Below, piece by piece: positions 42,725-52,341 of a stretch of 64,000 bases of DNA (position 1 is its first letter; each line of letters starts with the position of its first letter). Both the position numbers and the translations under genes were made by a program. Below the pieces are notes generated by a model. The model did no database searches. It was not told where the DNA came from and saw only the letters and a program-made list of their open reading frames with translations. The stretch covers positions 3,998,600-4,062,599 of the forward strand of contig NC_134036.1 of assembly GCF_964204645.1 (NCBI RefSeq), in the 5' to 3' direction. The DNA is from Tubulanus polymorphus (lineage: Eukaryota; Animalia; Nemertea).

Positions 42725-43420
42725 ACATTCTAATAGTCATCTTCAGGTAAACTGTATCTACGGTATTCCTAAAGATGATTATTAGAACTTAGTCGAAACC
42801 GGTAATAAACTACTAGCACGAGACCATATTCTAATAGTCATCTTCAGGTAAACTGTATATCCGGAATTCCTAAAGATGACTATTAGAACTAAGTCGAAAC
42901 CGGTAATAAACTACTAGCACGAGACTATATTCTAATAGTCATCTTCAGGTAAACTGTATATACGGAATTCCTAAAGATGACCATAAGAACTTGGTCGAAA
43001 CCGGTAATAAACTACTAGCACGAGACTATATTCTAATCGTCATCTTCAGGTAAACTGTATCTACGGAATTCCTAAAGATGACCATAAGAACTTAGTCGAA
43101 ACCGGTAATAAACTACTAGCACGAGACTATATTCTAATCGTCATCTTCAGGTAAACTGTATCTACGGAATTCCTAAAGATGACCATAAGAACTTAGTCGA
43201 AACCGGTAATAAACTACTAGCACGAGACTATATTCTAATCGTCATCTTCAGGTAAACTGTATCTACGGTATTCCTAAAGATGACTAGTAGAACTTAGTCG
43301 AAACCGGTAATAAACTACTAGCACGAGACTATATTCTAGTAGTCATCTTCAGGTAAAATGTACATGCATTATACCCGAAGATGACTACCAGAACATAGTC
43401 GAAAAGTCTAATAATTTACT
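42725..43420. repeat. 101-bp tandem repeat (about 7 copies) with internal inverted arms
   Basis: GTAAACTGTA recurs at 42747, 42848, 42949, 43050, 43151 and 43252, with a variant at 43353. Confidence 0.95.
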
Positions 43421-43981
43421 ACTAGAGTCAAGGCAACATTTTTCGACTTTAACATTATAATTTTTTCTCGTTATTACAATCGTTGGGATTCCCCACAACA
43501 CGCGTGAAAACGGCGCAGGAACCCCGGCGAGCGCGAGCGAACCAACGACGAACGAAAACCAGAAATTACAAACGTCGAAATAAGTGACACGACAAAAAAG
43601 AAGGCCAAGAAGGTCGCGACGCACTACTGAAATTCAAGGAGCGGTCGATTACACTCGTAGAGGTGGAGGATTGGAGCGTCCGGCTCCGCGCGCCGCGCCG
43701 TGAAAAAAGAAAAACTTTCAGCCAATACATATATATATATATACATATAATATAAATAGTATACAGATTACACGATATAATTTCACGCCTTGCAATTCTT
43801 TTAATTCTTATCCCCATTTTTTTTTTTTTTGGTATTCAACCGATTTTCTATCCCGTGCGGATAATATTTACAAGGTTTAATAAGGTAGGTAATAATAATA
43901 ATCATAATAATCGTTCCGGGACCGGTCCGGTGACCAGCGCGGTGACGGGTGCGGTCGTCGCGCTGGTCCGCTCCGCCGGTC

Positions 43982-44005
43982 GCCATCAGTTTGTACCATG
44001 TTATC
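43982..44005 (-). other. 24-nt element perfectly antisense to spliced antizyme ORF1 (exon1-exon2 junction)
   Basis: + strand GCCATCAGTTTGTACCATGTTATC is identical to antizyme mRNA 51127-51110 joined to 50325-50320. The match is directly visible; its function is inferred. Confidence 0.8.
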
Positions 44006-46574
44006 TCTATATATCTCATCACGCTGATCGGCGCCAGTTTCGGTTTTTTTTCGAACTAGGCGCTTACAGTAAATATCGTTGCGTTCGTCTTTCGGGATAA
44101 ACATTTTCGTTTTTTATTTTCATTTCCATTTCCCCCCCAAAAAAATTTTCTAGCCTTAAATTGATTCAATTATGACTATGATTGACGGATCGTGGGCAGA
44201 GCTTGATTGCCGCGGGCACGTTTTAAAACGACTTCAATTTTTTCGCGAGAATTCAAATATCTAAATTTCAAATTGGAATTTGCTCGAAAGTTACCCGTTG
44301 GAGTTGTATAGGCCTATAGAAAAAAATTCTTTTTTTAATGTTTCACAAAAGTCAAACGCAACAATATTTTTTTTGACATTTTTTTTTGGTTCTACAAACC
44401 CGCTTTTTGAAAAGTCAAATTTTTGAAAAGTCCAAAACGACACAAATCAGAAAATCGCAACAGACGAATTAACGATACATCAATCAGAAGCGGGAGTGTA
44501 GATTTTTAAGAACTTTTTTTTATACATTTTTTTGGTTAGGATTTTTATTCTAATTCCGAAGAATTACAATCTTTTTTTTTTCTCCTGGTCGGGTACGTGT
44601 CCAGCCTTCAAACAAAGAGTTACGTCGTTACTTCTCGTTTCTCGTATCAGCAACAAAGGCAACAATGCCGGTCGACACGGACGAAGACGCCGAGCGGGAC
44701 CGGGCTCATTTCGAATATTCGGGGTCCGCAGTTGTTCAAACGTCGTTCGCGAGTGGATAGTCGAAGCATAGCGACTATTAAAAGTCCATCGTTACGATGG
44801 CACTTACCTGCGATCTTTAAACAACCTTTGATCAACTGCGGCCCCTGAATAGGAATTCGAAATGAGTCCGACGAGACCGCCTCTATAAACAACGCGTTTA
44901 AGAAATTAAGACCGATTTCGCAATGTACTCTACGCTCCAATTACCCCCGCCCCCCAGGTGGAAAAAAGCTTCGAAAACCTCACAAAAGCGGGTGGATATC
45001 TTTAATTTCTTCGGCGATTATCGTTTTCATAATACTCAAAGACTAAAGACTGCTAGTTCAAGGCTACTACTTTTACCGTCCAACCCGGATATCGCTGCTA
45101 AGTCTTCTACTGAAAGATCCCTTCAAATTAATCATCGAATCAACAAAGGATTCTTCTCGGTAAAACACAATGTCTACGACACCCGAACTCGACGAGGTCA
45201 GATAAACTGGTTTTAATACGCAGATATGACTATTCCGCGATGTAGATAATTCAGATATGAAATCAGTTATCGGTAGTTGGAATGCGGCTTAATATCTAGG
45301 TCGTCCTTTATTCGACATGGATATGCGCATATTAAAATACGCGCATTAAAATATGATTCAACAGCTACAACTACGCAGTTCCGTAATTATTGCGTGGGTA
45401 TCTCATCCTAACATTCTAAATGTCAAGGCCGTCTGTTACAAAACCGCATATTTGATACTAAATGTACCACGCGTCGTCATCCGGATTTAAATTGAAAACC
45501 CGGGCCGCATTGTTTCCGCATAACGCTATGATAATTTCCCGATAATAAATTGAACCTCTAGTTTGTCCGCGAAAAAGACCTTCTTCACGCATGGCAGGCA
45601 GAATATAACTAAATCGAACATTTTCAAAAATATCGAATTTTTTCGCGGTTAAATTCACGATCGCGAGGCACCGTTTCGTTCGAGCTATCTTACACACGCA
45701 CGCACGCAAACACCAAACCCGGGAAAATATAGCCGCAAAAATTAGGAAATTCCAAATTTTAGACTAAGCGCTTTCTTTAATTGTTCTTATATCGGCCTAA
45801 AACGACGAATAACCGTTGATAAAACGCTATATCCGCGTATGATATAAAGGGAATCCGCACGATCATTACGAGAAAAAATAGACGAAGTCCGAAAATGTTT
45901 CCTTGAGCAGCGTTAGAAGTAGTTTATTCGACGTTTCGACTATATCCTAAAAATCATCCTCAGGTATACCGTATGTTCGGTATTCCCGAAGAAGATGATT
46001 ATTAGGATCTAGTCGAAACGTCGAATTAACTACTAGAGTAACCGAAGCGGAAACATTTTCGGGGGTTTATATTTCGGTCGCTATCGTCGCGAGGCGATTT
46101 GGTAAAAAGAAGGGGGCGAATGTCCGAAGGGCCGCAGAGGTTATGGGCCACGGATCGATATTTTTGAACTTCCAAATCTTTTAAATTGAACCGATGAACT
46201 TTGATTATTCCCCGGGTCGGTGAAAACTACATTCTCGCATTCAATCGTACTGTTGTTGTTGTTGCTGTTTTTGTGCTGCTGCTGCTGTCGTCATGACAAC
46301 TGCTCGACGACGCTACCTACCGCCTCCATCCGGAAGACGTAAGATAAAGCGTCGGTTTTTCCTCTAAAAAACGGACCGCGTCCATTTTAATTCGAGGGTT
46401 CCTCGCTTCGCGCGAATGCGAGGGCAGGCGCCGGAGCCCGGGTCGCCACCGCCAACCCGTGCGCGATGCGACCCGGCGATCCCCAGACGCCCCGCGCACC
46501 CCCTAGAACGCGTCCCGAGCCAGCCGCGGCGTCGGCGCGTACGCGCGAGCCGGCCGAAACGCGATCTATATCAT

Positions 46575-46616
<42 letters not shown>

Positions 46617-46784
46617 TTCATTGCGAAGGAAACGCGCGCGACCCACTCTGAGTACTGCTCGACTACCTGATGTCCCTCATAGTCGCTTTTTGGCGACAAA
46701 AATGAAAGTTAATTCAAATTCGGCAATGCAAGTAAATCAATAGAGGGGGTAGTCAATCGAAAATAAACTAGGAGTGATCTTCTA

Positions 46785-46940
46785 AATCCAGTTCCACAGT
46801 GGTCACGAGTTTAGACTCGACTTGAGTTGGTTAACTCATTGAAAACTAACTCGAACTTAAGAGTTAACTTCATTTTCAATGAGTTAGACTCTCAGACTAA
46901 GAGTTAACTCTATACTCGCACAACCGCGGAACTGGGTGAT
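46785..46940. mobile_element. Palindromic MITE family (CCAGTTCCACAGT...ACTGTGGAACTGG)
   Basis: Also at 49683-49878 and 53705-53806; its terminal arm is tandemly amplified (~39 bp units) at 5480-5915. Confidence 0.75.
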
Positions 46941-48752
46941 CCCGAGTGTATTTCCGAGTGTATTCGACGGTAATTCGATTTTCTCGCGAGTTTTGAGCCG
47001 TTAACTCGTCAATTGCGAGGTCAGACCGCGACGCGACGAACTCGTCCGAGCTCGGAGACCACTATTCCAAAATCTTCTATATATCCCGATTCATCGAGCC
47101 TTTCAGCAAGAAAGCGAGGAGCAGTGTCCCGATACGCATCTCGAGACCTACTCCTCGCCTATTCATATCGTGGTCTCGTGTCGACATAACTCGAGGAGTT
47201 AACCGTTACAAGTCCCGCGAAGTGCGGAACCCGGAGTCAGTCGCGGGTCGACGCGGCTTCCGATCGAGCAATGGTTACGCGATTCAACAGCGCGAAACTA
47301 CTGACGAACTCGGCCACCGGGGGGCGAGCCGTCGTGTAGCACGCGGCTGAATTGAATCGATTCGAACGATTTTATTCGAGTTTTTCAAAACGAAAATCGC
47401 GTTTAAAAAAAAGGAATGGAGCCGAGATTTCCCCAATGACGAAAACAAAATTTCGAGGCGTAAAAAGCGGCGAGGGACAAAAAACAGTCGTTTTTCGTCC
47501 CCCCGCCCTTCATCTGGGCCTGGTTTCATAGACTGAGTATCAAAGTTAACCCTAGGGGTAAATCCTCAATCTGGGTAACAACCACCATGGTTACAATGAG
47601 AAACTATGGCAATAACTGACAAATTTTGAAATGTTCCCAGAGACTATTTTTCTTCCACATCTATGAAACCCTGCCCTGGTGTTTAAAACTGAAATAGTCG
47701 ACCGACAATCACTCACGAAATGCCGGGCGGATGATCGATAGAAAAACTGAAATAACGACAAAAATTTAGGGAAATCTGGCGTTCGTATGAAAAAAGATGA
47801 ATTTTTTTTTTGATGAGAGCGCGCGCGCCTAAACGCGCTCTCATAACACACGCACGCTTGACATTCACACCCGAAATGCTGGATCCTCGGGGAAAAAATC
47901 CCCCGAATTTGAGAGACGCTTTCCAAAACGAACGGCGCCCCGCGACAGTTATCGATACCAAAATCTAGGATATAGTCATTGAGGCATTTGTTTGATTTGT
48001 TCGACCTTCGAACAGTTTGACCCAATTCAACGCATTTCCGAAGATACCATCGCTCTTCAAATTCGCGAAGATTAAACCAGTCTATCTATCAGTCGATCGC
48101 GTGGGTAGACTTTGAACAGGTCGGAAAATTACCAGATATTGAGAAATATTTACCGGGACAGGGCGTCGTGTATATTGCGAAATCGGTCTACGTATATACT
48201 ATATACTGGTGATATGAATAATTCTCGGAAACCTATCTTACCGACAAAATTTTCGAAATACGTACAATGTAGTCTTAAAACATTACACCATCAACTCGTG
48301 AACTTATCTTGAATTGACAAAATTTCCGCGCGGTAAATTATGATATCGGGACTTTCGAACTTCATAATAACTTACCGTCGAAAACTTTAAATACTAACGA
48401 AAATCGTCTTCGCGTTTTAGAAGATTTGACATTTTTTTCCGAAAAATATCTTTCCGATGAAAATTTCGTATCTTTTTAGAGAATTATCTCGAACTTATCT
48501 TGGCGACGAATTTAAGCGAGACTCCACTTTTTTCCAAAAAATTTAGTCCACGATGACGTCAGCCACCGCGTTTACGGCGGTCAGTCCGATAAACACGATC
48601 CGTGAATTCTCCATATCCGATATGCTGCGTTGTTAATATCTAAACACGCGTAGGCGGTTTCATCTTAGTTTTCGGTTACGTCTTCATCCGGTAGAGGGCG
48701 TTGTTGTTTCGTTTCGCCGTCGCGACGGTTTACGTCTAACCGGGCGGCGCGG

Positions 48753-51210
48753 CTACTCGATCGCGTACGACATGAACATCACGTCGTTCGAACGCGGCAC
48801 GAGCGGGTTGCCGGGCGCGACCGGGGCGAAGCCCAAGAACATAAACATTCGCACCAGCGACGCTGAAAATGGAGAGACGATGATGGTTGAATTCGAAACG
48901 AGCTTCGATTTCGTAAATTCGGCGATGAATATCGACGACTCACCTCGATCACTTCGATCTTTCTTGAAACAGACGACAACGTGGTCACACTTCAGCTCAT
49001 CTTCGGCGTACTCCAACAGAGTAACAAAGCTAGAAAACATGACGAAAACGTATTAACAACTCGCGGCGACCTTTATTTGACTTGTCTATTCCCTGACATG
49101 CACACGTTCAGAGTTTCCAGCGGTAAGGCCAGGGTAAAAAGAAGTACTAGGAAGATCTTTTTCGACACTTTTAGACCCAAAAGGAGGGACTTTTTGACTT
49201 GGAAAGATGTAATGAGTGCCCATAAGCAAGCATTTTCGCAATGCCTTTGCCCGAATACTAGTCATGTAGACCAGTCATATATTTCAGGGTAATTCCATAA
49301 CACACTTTCCTGTAGATTCGATCTTACTGATAATTGAATAACCAGGCCTGAGTAATGAAATAAAGTCAAAAAGAAGGACAAAGATGATGTTTGTCCAAAC
49401 TTTTTTTCAAAAAAGAAGAAGGACTTGCAAGGACTGCTGGAAACCCTGATGTCGTTGCTTTCCCCGACTCGATCTGCTAAGAATACGATCAATTAACCCA
49501 GTCAAATACGCGTAAGACACTAGATGGAAACTGTTTGATTTTACGCGCCATCTCATCAAATATTTCGCTGATATAGGCCTATCCAGCTCATGATTTTTAG
49601 CATTTCCACAAAAATTCCCCGATTTTTCTAGAAAAGATAGGAACGAAAATCCCCTGATTTGCGGGATCTCGTTCGACAGTTCTGGATCCAGCTCCACAGT
49701 TACGGCTAGTTAAGTACAGTTGTTACCGTTAGGCTAATTCTAACTCACTACTGTGTAACCGGGCCTCAAAGTTAGAGTTAAAATTGGTTCATTTTCAATA
49801 ATCATTTAGCCTACTCTCACAACTGAGGAATCATTCTCAATATTCTATCTTTTACTGACAACTGTGGAACTGGATCCAGTAACTTGCTACCTTGAAGGGG
49901 TTCCGATAGATGAATAACCCACCCTTTATAGTTGGAATTTCTACGCTAGGCCTACCTTTCTTTGGAGCCTTCCGGTAGGATACCGTTGGGTATCTCGACG
50001 AACAGACGTCCGTCGATCAGGTAGGTCGTCCAAGTGACGGTCACGTTATCGGTTAAAGTGATCGAAACGCACAACTTCGAGGCGCGTTGCGCGTTGTTCA
50101 CCAAGGCCGCCGAGCCGACGGCGGGTGGCGCCGCGTCGACGACGCCGCCGCCGCCCGAGGCTCGGCCGCTGTTATTATAGTTGCCATTGGTGCTGACAGG
50201 GGGCGCTTTTAAAACCCCCACGCCGTTGCCCTCTGTCGAAGACGACACGTAGACGGCATGGGGAACATCAGGAACACTGCCGAGGCCCTGTGCCGAGGTG
50301 TATGTTATACACCGGGCTGGATAACCTGAAAAAAAAAAGAATTTAAAAATTTTCACTCGAGGCGTTAAAGAGTTCTGGGGCCAGACTCATCAGAATGGAA
50401 GATGGTCAGTTGCTCGAAGGTGGGACATAGATGGGCTAACCGATGGATAAATACCATGGGAACAATGAACTTTCAATCATGATCGATATCAGCTATCCAC
50501 GGGTTAACATTAACCAACATTTGTGCAAACTGCAGTCCCTTAATTTCGTATTGGAACCGGTCACAAAGTAACTTCAACAGTCCAGTAAAATTATGATAGG
50601 CCTAAGTTTCTAACAATGAGCTTCTCGTTCTCAATAACGTTCAGTAAAATTATGATTAGTTACTAATGGCGACCTTCTCATTCTCAATAACTTCAACAAT
50701 TCAGTAAAATTATGATTAGTTACTAATGACGACCTTCTCATTCTCGATAACATCAACTAATCAGTAAAATTATGATTAGTTACTAGGCCTAATGATGACC
50801 TTCTCATTCTCAATAACTTCGAGAAACCTAAATTAAGAGCGATAACAAAGCGGAACAGATAATTCCCGACCCATGGCCATGACGCCTGATGCCGGACTGG
50901 TGTAAAGAAAGAATTTCAAAGCTGGCCAATTTGGGGGTTAACTTTAAGTTCCTAACTATACCAACTTGACATAGGCCTATGTCTAATAATCTACTTCAAA
51001 TTCATAGAACTCAATTCATATCCGTATAATTTCAAATCTTAAAGCTCGGATTATATCATTTTACGAAGTCAAAGTAGTCGGAACAGACTGTAAATAAAAA
51101 TGTACTTACATGGTACAAACTGATGGCATAATTTCTTCCGTCGTTTTTTCTTTCGGGCCGAAATTTTCTATGGTATGTGGAATAATTGCCTTACAGGCAC
51201 TAACGACCAT
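48753..51210 (-). CDS. OAZ: Ornithine decarboxylase antizyme, ~221 aa after +1 frameshift
   Basis: Exons 51210-51110, 50325-49956, 49029-48944, 48862-48753. ORF1 (52 codons) MVVSACK...MPSVCTMLSSPVYNIHLGTGPRQCS-stop. ORF2 DVPHAV...[48 protein letters not shown]...MSYAIE, the antizyme signature. Confidence 0.97.
50195..50273 (-). promoter_or_regulatory. Antizyme +1 programmed ribosomal frameshift site with 3' stimulatory pseudoknot
   Basis: TCC TGA T at 50273-50267. Stem 1 CCCCAUGCCGU (50263-50253) / ACGGCGUGGGG (50226-50216). Stem 2 GACAGAGGGC (50237-50228) / GCCCCCUGUC (50204-50195). Confidence 0.93.
50600..50820. repeat. 60-bp tandem repeat in antizyme intron 1
   Basis: TCAGTAAAATTATGATTAGTTACTAATG..GACCTTCTCATTCTC; the same unit occurs inverted at 27770-27905. 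Confidence 0.85.
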
Positions 51211-52341
51211 CAGGCTGGATTTGTGCTCTTCCTAACTGGCTCCGGTTCGGTGTCGATTCCGCCTGAAAAATTGCTTTTTCGGCTTAGAAGAGTGAACTCT
51301 AGAGAATGAACTGCGAAACGTCGCAGAAACAGAAACAAAATGGCGTCATTTTCAGTGCCGCCACCTGGTTTCCATTATGGAGGCGTTACTCTTTTCCCTC
51401 GTAAAGTCAATAAAGTCTCATTTCGTATACCGTTTTACTAATTCTATTGTGTTTGATATGTTTTCTTAGAAGCAATAAAGATATCAGTTCAAGATATCGA
51501 CTAAGTCTAAGTATTTAGGGCAACTTCACGTTCGGAAATGAGTGGGTTAAATTTTTTTGCACAACCCGATTATTAACGTCACTCGGAATGTTCGAGCTTT
51601 ATTATCACCCGATTCGGGATGATTATAAATCATAAATATTGAACTATCGAGATAATATAGGTTACGAAAACGGCTAAATATCATCACTATCTGTATTACT
51701 CATTCGCCATCTAGCGGCTCGATCATGCGAAAGTCATACTGGGCGATTAATCATATTTTCGTCGAAATAAGCACATTAAATAATGAATGAGGTTGGAAAT
51801 GGTTCCCAGAAAAAAAATTATTCGAGAACGAAAAATTTCGATTAAACGCGGAAAAGGGTGATCAAAGAGGTCAAGGTTGTGATATAATCATGTCACAATT
51901 TGAATACCCGTTCGCCATCTAGTGGTTGGGCTATTAAACACTACATTTATGTGGGTACACCTGAATTAGAAAGAACTACGTACGAACCTCTAAAAATTTA
52001 CCCAAGAAGCACCAGCGAACCATAAAAATAACAAAAAACAAAACATTTTGCTTTCAGTTTGGAAATAATAATAATTTACGTACTTTATTTACAGAAATGC
52101 ACAGTTATGCAAATATATATATATGTTCCATATGCAAGTCAAACATTCACCATAATCATGGATTTTCAAAGAATTATTTTGGCAACATTTCAACAGAAAA
52201 CATGATGAAACCATAACAAGAGGCAACTTATTTCCCTCTCAAGCTCTTTATAACTTGTCATCAAGGACACAATTCCAAGAAAGTGAATTGCTGATAAAAG
52301 AATTATCTCAAACAAGTTTGATGACATTATTAACAGGATCA

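Noticed and set aside
44700-44870. Long multibranch hairpin as a novel ncRNA or pre-miRNA
   Set aside because: The core arms match the GGGCCAGTTGCTCAAA MITE family, which explains most of the pairing.
46416-46670. Poly-His and poly-Ile ORFs as proteins, or as ORF1 of a second antizyme
   Set aside because: They come from a (CAT)n microsatellite; the +1 frame after DVPH closes within ~25 codons with no antizyme similarity.
50326-50356. N-terminus of ORF 49952-50356 (MKIFKFFF...)
   Set aside because: Intronic polypyrimidine tract; that frame is entered by the +1 frameshift at 50269.
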